The notes beneath the pieces are model-generated. The model searched no databases, was not told where the DNA came from, and worked only from the letters and a program-made list of their open reading frames with translations. DNA of 63,570 nucleotides, the filler included, from Octopus bimaculoides (taxonomy: Eukaryota), in assembly GCF_001194135.2 (NCBI RefSeq). It is 7 parts of 7 records of this genome, joined end to end, with 100 filler letters (N's around TTAATTAATTAA, not from the genome) between each part and the next. Parts side by side here need not be neighbours in the genome. Positions count along the whole stretch, not along the records: positions 49,876 to 53,990 come from NC_068995.1; positions 54,091 to 58,467 come from NC_068996.1; positions 58,568 to 63,570 come from NC_069002.1; 4 more parts are not named here. The stretch is one strand, 5' to 3'. Position numbers and translations under genes: made by a program. This document shows positions 51,827 through 63,457 of the stretch, one piece after another. Numbering within the stretch: position 1 is the first letter of the stretch; each line of letters starts with the position of its first letter.

Positions 51827-54090
51827 ATGTTGTAGTGGTGGTTGTGGTTGATGGTAATTCTTAAATCTCAACATAACTTAAAATTGCCAAATTTCAAGTG
51901 TAGTTTGTGGATTTTCTCGAATTAATTAATTATTCAGTTGTTATAGCTGAGAGAGGAGCGAGAGAAAGAGAGAAAGAGGTGGTGGGGAAAATTGAGGAGG
52001 AGGAGGAGGAGGAGGAGATGCCGTTAGGTAAAGTGTGAGAGAAAGAGAGCGAGAAATTTTAGAGTAGCAGTTGGGGTGATGGTGGCGATGGTGGTTGTGG
52101 CTGGTTGCCAATTTATCCCAACATCCCAACAACTAACCTTACAACTTGCCATGAACTAGAGAGAGAAAGAGAGTGAGATGCGGAGAGAGTAGGGAAGAGA
52201 GAGGGAGAGAGGGAGGGAGAGATGAAGAGAAAGAGAGAGCGAGAGGAGCTTTATTTACGAAGACTACGGTTTAACCGACGTACACAAAGAGACACATGCG
52301 CACACGTTCATTCACTCGCAGACACACACAGGTGCTATTAACGAAGCCAATTTCCATTGTTCTGATGAATAATAATAATAATAATAATAATATTAATAAT
52401 ACTTCCAATATAACAAGGAACAAAAACAAAAAAAAAACACGACCATTCTATATCTGTTTCTCATACTTGTCAAGACCTGTGTTGGTCAATAAGTCAACAG
52501 AGGCTTAAAAGGGTTACTTTCTCTGGCCTCCCCCTTGCGACTAAGTCGCTGTCACCAATACACCGAGAAGAGGAAGAAAAGGAAAGACATAAAAGAGAGA
52601 GAGAGAGGGAGAGAGAGGGAGAGAGAGAGAGAGAGATTGCGTTTGTGTGTGTGTGACAATTGGACTGACGAGCATGCACACCTCCGTTTGAAACACTGTA
52701 ATTAAAATAATGACGAATTGATAGCATTTCGTTTCATTGCTAATGTCGTATCATAGAACTTGTCTATAGATTTGGTTGGTAACCAGCATTAGATCACCTA
52801 GATATTTCATATGCCTTCAACAAGGACTTTTCGCAATTCTTAAACTGTAGGCTTGGTTTCCAAAATGGCACAAACAAATTCGCCAGATAAGAAAAGGTGT
52901 GGCTGTGTGGTAAAACGCTTGCTTACCAGCCACGTGGTTCCGGGTTCTGTCCTATGCGGTACTTTTGGGCATGCAACTTCTTCTATAACCCCAAAACAAC
53001 AAAACCTTTGCGAGTGGATTTGGTAGACGGAAACTAAAAGAAGCCAGATGTATAATAATATATACGACTGGCTTGATAACCGGTGTTGGTGTGTTTACGA
53101 CTCCACAACTTAGCACCAAGCTTTAAAAATAAAATAAAATAAAAGACCGGAGCCTAATGACTGCAACAAGTAAAAAAAATATAAGATATAAACATCTGCC
53201 TAGGGATCCGCCGATCATTCATCAGAACAAGGTATCCAAGATAACAGGAGGTTTGCTCTTCTGAAGTGTTACGACAAATGCAAACATTGCTTCTATTCAA
53301 CAATATGCTTGTGAACTAAAAACAGGGGAAACAACTTATGTACATCTCGATTCTTGTAGGATTCGCCATCGGCAACTGTGTACGCTCTTTAACTATCCCG
53401 AACGAACACACTGCTACAAAGCTTGTTGAATAGTTAGAGATTTAAAGTAAACTGCAGAGAGGAACCTGCATATTAGACATATATGATACGGTTCCAGGTT
53501 TCCAGAGAAACCTAGAAGGAAAAATCTTAACGAAAAAGGGAGAAAGAAACTTAAACAAAATGTGAAAAACAAGTCTTTGACCATATAGACCAGACTCTTC
53601 TAGTTGCTGTCCAGAGGGAAGCTTAAAAAAAAAAGCTACCATCATCATCATCAACACCACCACCATCATCGTTTTGCCGCTTTGTATGAAGCGCGACCCA
53701 CTTTTGACGGCTTTTTTTTACCCTTGCTTCTCCCTACCACCACCACCCCATTTCGTCACCCGGATGAAACCACTTGACTTTATTTTCATTTTCAATTGGT
53801 AAAAGAGGCTCTTGGGAAATGGATGAATGTCAAAACAACACGTTTCCTATTTACATACACACCACACAACACATCTCTTTCACCTGCTCCGTTTTTCAGT
53901 AATCTTTTTAAATCGTTTATCACGATCTCAGATAAATACGAACTTACAGTATACGTATGCATGTATGTACGTATACCCCGCCGTATATATNNNNNNNNNN
54001 NNNNNNNNNNNNNNNNNNNNNNNNNNNNNNNNNNTTAATTAATTAANNNNNNNNNNNNNNNNNNNNNNNNNNNNNNNNNNNNNNNNNNNN

Positions 54091-54125
<35 letters not shown>

Positions 54126-54626
54126 CATATATACATACATATATACATACACACACACACACACAGACATAAACATATATATTTATGTGCATATGTATGA
54201 ATGCACGATGATGATGAGAGCGGCGGTGATGACTACGACAACTGCTATAACGACAATGTATTTAGTCAAGGATGGGTGTGTTGCAAGCAGTAAGACAACT
54301 ATTAATGGAAGAGAATGTTTCTAATGAACTCCATCAAGACAATAATGGCGAAATGTTGGCGATATGGACCTTGTTTACCGAGCCAGCGTCCATAGCTTCC
54401 CAGTTAGCCAACCTTCCACCATTCTACTTCTCATACCGCCTACATACCTTACGCATAATCTCCAACGCACAATTATTTACTACCCACTTCCATGCTTTCT
54501 CTCAATCTATTATGTTCTTTACATTTATTTCTTTAATTTTTTGTTTTTGCTGTGTGCTTTGGTTTATTTCTTTGTCTATTCATTTCCATCTTTGTCCGTG
54601 TTTGTCTGTCTGTCTCTGTTTGCATG

Positions 54627-54663
<37 letters not shown>

Positions 54664-54900
54664 CTTTCTATTCCTCATTGTCTCTATTCTCTCTCTATCT
54701 ATCTCTCTCTATCTATCTCTCTCTATCTATCTCTCTCTATCTATCTCTCTCTCTCCCTCTCTCATTTTCTGATCTCCTCTGTATTCTGGTCTCCTCTTTT
54801 TGATTATTGTCTCTCTGTTTGTCTCGTTACTCCCCCCTACTTTCACTTTTTATTTCCCAATCACTTTATCCGACACTCTGACCTTACCCATCAATTTACT

Positions 54901-54938
<38 letters not shown>

Positions 54939-55499
54939 CACACAGGCACAGATAAAATTATACTCTCAACGCACTTCGAGATAATTCATTTCATGCATAC
55001 ATATGTAAACATGTATGTATGCTTAAAGTGTGTGCACACATACTTCTATCTATATACATATACATGCACAGAGACACACACGCACATACACACTCACACA
55101 CACACGCACAAACACACGCACACACAGACACACACGCACACACACACACACGCATACGTACTTAAATCTAATGCCGCTCTATTCCTTTTACACTTTCGGA
55201 AAACTATGGAGGAAACAATAGTATTCAAAACATTAGTAATAATTTATAGGAGAAACAATGATTTGGTAATGATGATGATGGTGATGGTGATGATGGTGAT
55301 GATGATGATGATGATGCGGAGGAGGAGGAGAAGGAGGAGGAAGACGACGACTAAGACTTCAACGATAGCAGCGGCAACAAGGGTTACAACGTTGATGATA
55401 ATGGTGGTGATGATGATGATGATCATTACGATTATGATGGTAGTGGAGGTTAGGATGAAAATGAAGATGAAAATGACAACGTCGACATGCACACTCATT

Positions 55500-55540
<41 letters not shown>

Positions 55541-55910
55541 ATATATATATGTATACATATNNNNNNNNNNNNNNNNNNNNNNNNNNNNNNNNNNNNNNNN
55601 NNNNNNNNNNNNNNNNNNNNNNNNNNNNNNNNNNNNNNNNNNNNNNNNNNNNNNNNNNNNNNNNNNNNNNNNNNNNNNNNNNNNNNNNNNNNNNNNNNNN
55701 NNNNNNNNNNNNNNNNNNNNNNNNNNNNNNNNNNNNNNNNNNNNNNNNNNNNNNNNNNNNNNNNNNNNNNNNNNNNNNNNNNNNNNNNNNNNNNNNNNNN
55801 NNNNNNNNNNNNNNNNNNNNNNNNNNNNNNNNNNNNNNNNNNNNNNNNNNNNNNNNNNNNNNNNNNNNNNNNNNNNNNNNNNTGTGTGTGTGTGTGTGTG
55901 TGTGTGTGTC

Positions 55911-55941
<31 letters not shown>

Positions 55942-55991
55942 GTATATGTATGTATGTATTTGAGGCAAGGAAGTCCATTATTGACTTGCTG

Positions 55992-56080
55992 AATCTCTGA
56001 TGAAGCTTTGGAGTTGAATTTTAATATAATATGTCAACTTTGGCTTACTGGATCCCCAAAATAGAAACAGTTGTAAGAGT
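55992..56080 (+). ncRNA. Type I hammerhead ribozyme motif (Penelope-like)
   Basis: AATCT-CTGATGA-A-GCTTTGG[loop with AGTTGA/TCAACT hairpin]CCAAAAT-A-GAAA-CAGTTG-TA|AGAGT. Confidence 0.6.
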
Positions 56081-56376
56081 GGAGTTGTATTTATTTATCT
56101 ATTCCTATAATTATCGTAAATAAATCTTACTGATGTTTGTCAATTGAATCGCTTCTCTATTTTCTTCCTTGCCTTACATAATAAATTCCGGATAAACTTT
56201 TGTCTACCGCCATTTGTACCAATTTTTCAATTGTACTATTGCCTTGCAACAGTAAGCCTTTGAATATAAATAGGTATCCCTCCAGTAGTATATTATTATG
56301 CCTTAGATGTTATCCCCCAAATACTAGGCCCTGTACTTATAATAGAAAGGATTGTTGTTGTTGTTGTTGTTGTTAA

Positions 56377-56449
<73 letters not shown>

Positions 56450-58130
56450 TCTGGTTCCCTTTCATTATAACTTTATTTCAGCTGCCTTAGTACCAGGCAT
56501 CCTCCGGAGGCCAAGCGTAGCAAGGGCACTTTTCTTTTGCTATGAATGCTAAAATTATTACCACATTTATTCCATTTTAGATGGAGAGTGCTTTCCGTAG
56601 TATATGGGCCGTACCCATCAAGGTTAATTTTTGTAGTTCACGGAGATTGGAGTTACCAGAGAGTTGCTTAATATACTTTTCAGCTCCCTTCCTTATCATT
56701 CCCAACGCACCAATTACTACTGGTATTATCATAGTGCACATTTTTGTGATTTCAATTTGTAGATCTTTATAGTGAGAAAGATTTTCGTATTCTTTTCTTG
56801 AGACATTTTCATCGATTTTGAGTCATTTTTCAAATGTTTGCATTGCGAAGTTCCAAAGGTTGGTGACGTCCTCGCCATTTACTACATCCTCTGGATGGTG
56901 TCTGTACCACTTATGACTGAAGGCGAAATATCTTTTTCTAAGGATGTGGGCAGTACTTGTCAGCACAATATTTTCGATTTCTCCGAGATATGGTACTTTG
57001 GGAATCTTATCTAGATGTTTGTGACATCCCTTTTTTTTTTTATCATACCTAGGGCACCTAGAATAACAGGAACAGTTCTCGTTATAAGATGCCACATCTT
57101 TTGTATTTCAGTTTTCGGGTCCTTATATTTATTTAGTTTGTCAAATTCCTTGACAGATATATTTTTATTTGTGGGAACACTTACATCTATCTGTCTACAA
57201 GTATCTTTTTCTCTGTCTTTAAAAATTATGTCTGGTCGATTAGCCTTGATCTTTCTGTTTGTGTTGCCTGGAAAATTCTTGAGGGCAGTAACATTTTGAC
57301 CTTCAACGACTGGCTCAGGATGATGTTCATACCAGTAAGCCGGAGTGCTCATTTTGTAGTGTTTACATATTTTCCAGTATAAATCCTTTCCTACTCTGCC
57401 GTGGAGATTTTGATTTTTGTTAGTGCCACCATAGGATATCCCAAGACGAAATTTTTTCGTCAAATGTGTCGCAGAATCTGCATTTTGGGTCAAAACATTT
57501 TGAAGAACGTTAGTTTGGTAGATTTTTGTGAGCTGGCTTTAATCTTGTGCCACCAAAATGAAACCTTCAGTCTCTGCTTTCAGTCCTAGACTTTTCAGCC
57601 ACTGATGAGATGTTGCTTGATCTACATCAGCATTTCGACTTCGAAGTATATACTGTCACGGCTTCTGGCACCACCGCTCCTCAGTTTGTTTCTGCCTGTT
57701 CTTTTTTGCAGTCTGCTTGTTCTATTTTGCATGTTTTGTGGCAGTGGTTTCAGGTATTTCAACATTTTCAGAGTTAATGCCAAGTTCCCTTGCAAGTTTG
57801 CAGGCTTCCTTTACAATAGAATGGGATTCTTTTCTGCTTTCGTGTTTCCACAGAAGTCTCAGCGTCCAGTCATCTGTACTAGATAAGTATCTGTTGATTG
57901 TGAAGGTCTTATAGCATAGTTCTACCTGCATCATTCCTCTTCCTCCATAACTTCTAGGTACGTACAGACGATCACCGTTTGCTTCTGGGTGGTGCATGTT
58001 CTTAGATGTTAGTATTTTTCTTGTTTTCCTGTCCAGGCGTTGGAGCTCTGTAAGATTCCAGTTAATAATGTTAAAAGTATATTCATGTTAAAACTACTGG
58101 AAGGGCTAGGGTGTTAATGGATTCGATGAG
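56450..58130 (-). mobile_element. Two abutting 5'-truncated R4/Dong-like non-LTR retrotransposons (about 56450-56915 and 56920-58130)
   Basis: LDRKTRKILTSKNMHHPEANGDRLYVPRSYGGRG; WYEHHPEPVVE; ANRPDII..IDVSVP..K..KYKD (restriction-like endonuclease PD-D); C-terminus (M/T)(G/S)TAHILRK appears twice. Confidence 0.88.
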
Positions 58131-58193
58131 AGTTGAGCTCATAGCCGATGAGGGCTATCCGAGGCGTGGTTATTGCTAGTTGAAAATTATTAA

Positions 58194-58225
<32 letters not shown>

Positions 58226-58227
<2 letters not shown>

Positions 58228-58468
58228 TAGTTTTATTTTTATAACGTGCTTTCACTTCACTACCGAGCGCAGCTCTGTGCGCCTTGGGTATGTGCTGTGG
58301 TTTGCTGTGGTGCTCTTATGTTTACTGTATTGAAAGTGTTTTGCGTAGGATGTGTGCAGTACCCAGTAGTGCAATTTTCTGTATGTTATATATATTTGTA
58401 AGTCCTGCTATTTTTGTTATGTATTTGTCTGAATATTTTTTTTATTATACCTAAGGCACCTACTATGN
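58226..58468 (-). mobile_element. Third R4/Dong-like 3' end, abutting (TAA)n
   Basis: VGALGII..KYSDKYITKIAGLTNIYNIQKIALLGTAHILRKTLSIQ*, then 3' UTR and (TAA)n at 58225-58187. Confidence 0.85.
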
Positions 58469-58567
58469 NNNNNNNNNNNNNNNNNNNNNNNNNNNNNNNN
58501 NNNNNNNNNNNTTAATTAATTAANNNNNNNNNNNNNNNNNNNNNNNNNNNNNNNNNNNNNNNNNNNN

Positions 58568-58634
<67 letters not shown>

Positions 58635-58721
58635 GGGTCTCACAAAAAAAACAACAGATGAAGACAGGTGGTGCAGACAACAAACAGATGTATTAGTATA
58701 ACGCTCGGGAAGTGAAGAAGT

Positions 58722-58758
58722 CATTAACGTTTCGAGCCTACACTCCTCCACAGAAAGG
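58722..58758 (-). ncRNA. Hammerhead-like motif with non-canonical core inside a repeat
   Basis: Minus strand CTTT-CTGTGGA-G-GAGT-GTAG-GCTC-GAAA-CGTT-AATG: stem II and GAAAC present, CUGANGA altered to CUGUGGA. Confidence 0.4.
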
Positions 58759-59361
58759 AACACAGAAGGAAACAAGGAGAGAAAAACAGAACGTGTAGTG
58801 GCTAGCAATACATGATGGGCTTCTTTCAGTTTCCATCTATCAGATCCACTCACAAGGCTTTGGTTAACCTGATGCTATAGCAGAAGACACTTGTTCAAAG
58901 TGCCACACAGTGGGATTGAACCTGGAACTATGTGGTTGGGAAGCAAACTTCTTACCGCACAGCCATAGTTTTGTTTTCCCATTGACTTCCACTCACTCCT
59001 ACTCACGGAAATATTTTGTTTGTTTTATTCGCTGATATTTTGTCTTTTTTTTTCCATTGTAGTGGGATGCATGGAGTAGCTTGTGGAGAATTCCTTACCA
59101 TTTTACATATTACAGCACTATCTGTTTGAAAGTTGCGGATGTTTTGACATTAAATCTGTTGAACAGCAGCGAGATTTGGACAGGTAGATGAGAGAGAGAA
59201 AAGGAGATAGAGGTAGATAGAGGTAGAGAAACTGAGAGAAAGAGAGAGTAAGAGAGAGGGAGAGTTAGAGAGTGAGGGCATTGAAGGGAGAAAGTGAGAG
59301 GTATAAAACTAACAGTCAAGAGTTGAGCGAAAAAAGTGAAAGATAATGGTTTAGTGTAGGA

Positions 59362-59408
<47 letters not shown>

Positions 59409-60450
59409 GAGAGAAAGGAAAGGAAAGGTGAGCGAGAATAAGGCAGAAAATAAAAAGACCTGACACCAGCAAAAGCTAATGAAAAACAATGCAATACAGC
59501 TGGTAGTGGGGAAAAAGCAACTACAGTAGTAATAATAATAATAATAATAATGGTGATGATGATAATGATGATGATGATGATGATGATAACAACAACAACA
59601 ACAACAATAATTGGTGATTCCATGAAGTTAATGTAAGCAGTATTTCATGCTAAAAAAATAGTTTGAAGAAATGTGTAAAATTGTGATTGGCTATTCTTGA
59701 TTTTGGTTGGTTGAATTTAAATTTAAGGAGGGAAAAAATTCGAAAAAGAAAAATTGATGGTGATGATGATGCTAATAATAATAATGATAATAATAATAAT
59801 AATAATAATAACAATAATAATAATAAAGATAATATTTTCAGGGTTACTACCACTAGGGTGATGGGTAGGAGGGAATTACTGGAACAGAAATGGTTGTGGT
59901 ACCACTGTAAACCCAAGGCAAATATGATACACCTAGAACAATAACAATAATGGTTTCTGGTTTTAGGTACCAGGCCAATAATTTTAAGTGAATTGGGATT
60001 TGTCAATAATCCTGATCCCTGTTCTTGAATGAGGTTTTTATATGATGAACCGTGGTTGTGTTTGAACTCAGAACCCAAATATTGCAAAGCACTTTCGCTG
60101 ATGTTCTTAGGATTCTGTCAGTTCTCTACCTTAATGATAATGGTGATGATGATGATCATCGTTTTAACACCCTGCTTTCCATGACTGCATGGCTCAGTGA
60201 AAATTCATTGAGGTAGATTTTGGGTGGCTGGATGACCTTCCTGTTGTCAACCCTCACCTGTTTCATTTTCCATCTAACAAATCCCCTTAGAAGGCTTTGG
60301 TCAGCCTGGAGCTACAATAAAAGAACTTGTCCAACTTGTGGAGAAATTCTAAAATTTTATAAAACCAAGAATTACACTATGTATATAAAATAAAACACAC
60401 ACATTAAAACAAGATATAATTAAGCATATAATCTACCAAAAACAGTTTGG

Positions 60451-60610
60451 GTACAGTTCTCTATTTAAGAGATGAGAAATTATGTACATTATTTACATTC
60501 GATGGATATTTGTCCTCATCATGTTTGTTGTTATACCCTCCAGTCTTCATCAGGTGTCTTGGGGAAATTTCAAACCAGGTTTCTAATTCCTAAGGAATTT
60601 TTCGATGTTG

Positions 60611-60662
<52 letters not shown>

Positions 60663-60695
60663 CATTCAAGTCACTGCTTGGAATCAAACTTGGAC
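60451..60695 (-). mobile_element. tRNA-headed hammerhead SINE, 5'-truncated, with the 3' half of the ribozyme deleted
   Basis: Colinear with the 18183 and 60793 copies; CTGATGA at 60553-60547, but the TCAGCC-GAAA..GTGTT segment is missing. Confidence 0.8.
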
Positions 60696-60792
60696 CGAAT
60701 GGTGATATGAATAGCATATGGGAACCGATATTAAGGAAGGATAGGAGAATATTAGATTTATAAGCCTTAAAATTCACTCCTTAATTGGCCAC

Positions 60793-60863
60793 GGGCATAT
60801 GGCGTAGTGGTTAAGAGCACGGGCTACTAACCATAAGATTCTGAGTTTGATTCCAAGCAGTAA

Positions 60864-60919
<56 letters not shown>

Positions 60920-61069
60920 TTGAAAAATATCTAAGGAATGAGAACTCAGGTTCGAAATTTCCCCAAGACACCTGATGAAGGCTGGAGGGTATTTCAGCTG
61001 AAATGTTGTGTTAACAATGAATGAGATGAGGAGACAAATGTCTGTCAAATATAAATAATGTAAATAATG
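60793..61069 (+). mobile_element. tRNA-headed hammerhead SINE, most complete copy
   Basis: A-box TGGCGTAGTGG (60800-60810), B-box GAGTTTGATTC (60843-60853), (AAT)n, hammerhead GACAC-CTGATGA-A-GGCTG..CAGCT-GAAA-TGTT-GTGTT (60967-61012). Confidence 0.8.
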
Positions 61070-63316
61070 AACATTTTGGGTATTTTGGGTTTTTGTCCAC
61101 ACCTAGAGAAAAACCATCATTTAGGTCATGTTAGAGCACCTCATGTCCTAAGCCTCTTACCATTGCTTATACTGCTGTTTCATGGCCCTAAAAGTGCATC
61201 TCTTCAGGACAGTATTGTTTCAGTTTGTTGTATTATCTTTGTATTGTTTCTATTCCCAACATAATCTGTCATGTGTCACCTATATTTCAACCCCAACTGC
61301 CCCTCAGTCATTTTTACATCACTGGACTATCTTTGGTTCCACAAATATATGATTCTGTCAATTAAATGTTGAGGAATTTCATCTGTCATCCTCCATTTTG
61401 TTGTCATCTTCATCCCTTTGATGTGGGGCCTCAGCTGTTGATTCCAGAAGATTGCTCAGTTTCATCTGTTTTTGTTGCCTTCATAAAATACGCCACAGTT
61501 GAACACAACTATCTCCACTCGTACTTTCCTCTTTTCCTGTTCAAGTATCATTTGAAGAGCTTGATGAGGGCTTGGGCTGAGAGAATGAGTTCTATCCTTA
61601 AACCTTCTGCTACCATATTTCTGTTGGAATATACTGTGTTTCTTTTAGTTAATTTTAAAAATATGTAGAAATTAGTAAAATAACATTACCATTAAATGAA
61701 ATTAATTACATGAAATTTTGATAGGAAATTTCCAATTTAGATCTCTTTAAAACTGGAAGTTTGTCTCATAGAACCAGAGTTGCTTTTAGTTGGTTTGGTA
61801 TCAAAAGAGTTAAATCTTTCAACTGTGGCCACCATACAACTTCTGTCACCATAGCGACCAGGCACAAGAAGAGTTCTTCCTTGCCAAAGAAAAGCTGTAG
61901 TGTTATCATAATGTTAGATTCAGTTGATAGCCAGAACTTGTCTCCCATATGTGATAAGTTTTCATCACAGACGTACAAATCAGCAATACATGGATATTAA
62001 ATGGGAGCTTTTCTGATGGCATCCCCGCCCCTTTGTATCTCTGACAAGTACAGCTGCTGGTAGCTTTAGCATGGCCATACCTGTAGAGTTTGCTCTAAAC
62101 AAGTAAACCAAAGTCATTTAGTATCATTTTAAGTTATTGTCCCTAAAGACCTTACACTGACTTCATCATTTCCTAAACTAGTGATTCTCAACTGGGGTCC
62201 ACCTGGCCCTTGGAAGTCCACTTAATATTTTGCTAATAAAATCTATGCGAAATAAATTGGTTACAATTCTACAAGGCACAAAATATTTCAACAATGTTTC
62301 AATATAATTCCTAATAATATAAGAATGGTAGATATTTGCATGGAATATCAGCATGGAAGCCATTGAAGAACACACAAAGGCTGTTAGTTTCACTTCAACA
62401 TTTAGATTTCATTTGTGTCAAAATATTTCCATCACTTTGAAACTGCGACCTGTTGCTTTCTCAGATGTAGCACTAAGTTTTGTCAGTGAACAGGACGTAG
62501 TTTCAAAGCGATGAAAACATTTTGATACAAATTAAATTTAAATGTTGAAGTGAATCTAATGGTTTTTGTGTGTTCTTGAATGGCTTACAAATATCTTCCA
62601 TGCTGCAATTGTTTTTGTTTCAGCATATGATCTCAGATCAAGTCACTTGCTATGCAAGTACATCTCCATAAATCCTAATAATATCTGATTATAAGAATAT
62701 AATGAGACTTTTTTAAACATTGAAAGTTAATTAGGCCCAGAAGAGTAAAACAGGAATACAAGGGGTCCATTGTTCTCCCTACCTTCTGCTAAGCTTTTGT
62801 AGAATGTGAAGTTTGGCATTCTGCTGAACACATTGTGTGCCATGAGTATCTGGTAACTTAGCATTGTAATAATCCTTTCCATTATAAGCACAAAGCCTAA
62901 AACTTTGGGGAATCAATCACTTTGACCATAGGCAAAGTAGACCACAGCAGAATTTGAACTCAGAACAGAAAGTTGGACAAAATATTGCTCAGCGTTTAGC
63001 ATTTGCTCAGTGTGGTAAAAATTCTGCTAGCTTGCTGCCTTCCATTCCACTCTAATAATGATTAAAAGATACAACAGCAAGAAGAGAAATATAAAAATGG
63101 TAAATAAACTGAAATTGCTGAAGAAGAATATATTTCACAGAATCAGTTGAAAAATTTCCACAACCAAATGAAATATGTGAGAAAATATTAAAATTGAAAG
63201 CCCTAATAAAATATAAACGAATGCCAAAATATCATATATATATATATTTATAAATAATTTGTTGCTATTTTTGTTGTTACCACTATAAATACTACTACTA
63301 CTGCTACTAATGCTGT

Positions 63317-63426
63317 TTTTGTATTTTGTATGATATCATATTTCTTGGACATTTTATTTTCACATGCCAACACATGAGGATGCTCAAACATGTATCTATA
63401 TACATACAAATACATATATAATATGA

Positions 63427-63457
<31 letters not shown>

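Noticed and set aside
52665-52700. CTGACGA...GAAACACTGTA
   Set aside because: Core words are present but neither stem I nor stem II can pair
53590-53622. Minus-strand FPLD resembling PPIP5K GFPLDKA
   Set aside because: Followed by SN and a stop; no flanking similarity or splice sites
54272-54500. ORF start MGVLQAVRQLLMEENVSNELHQDNNGEMLAIWTLF
   Set aside because: No recognisable family; runs into CT microsatellite; no splice support
54993-55560. Poly-Met/Arg, YI/HT/CV-repeat ORFs here and throughout the window
   Set aside because: Translations of (ATG)n, (TA)n, (CA)n and (GA)n microsatellites
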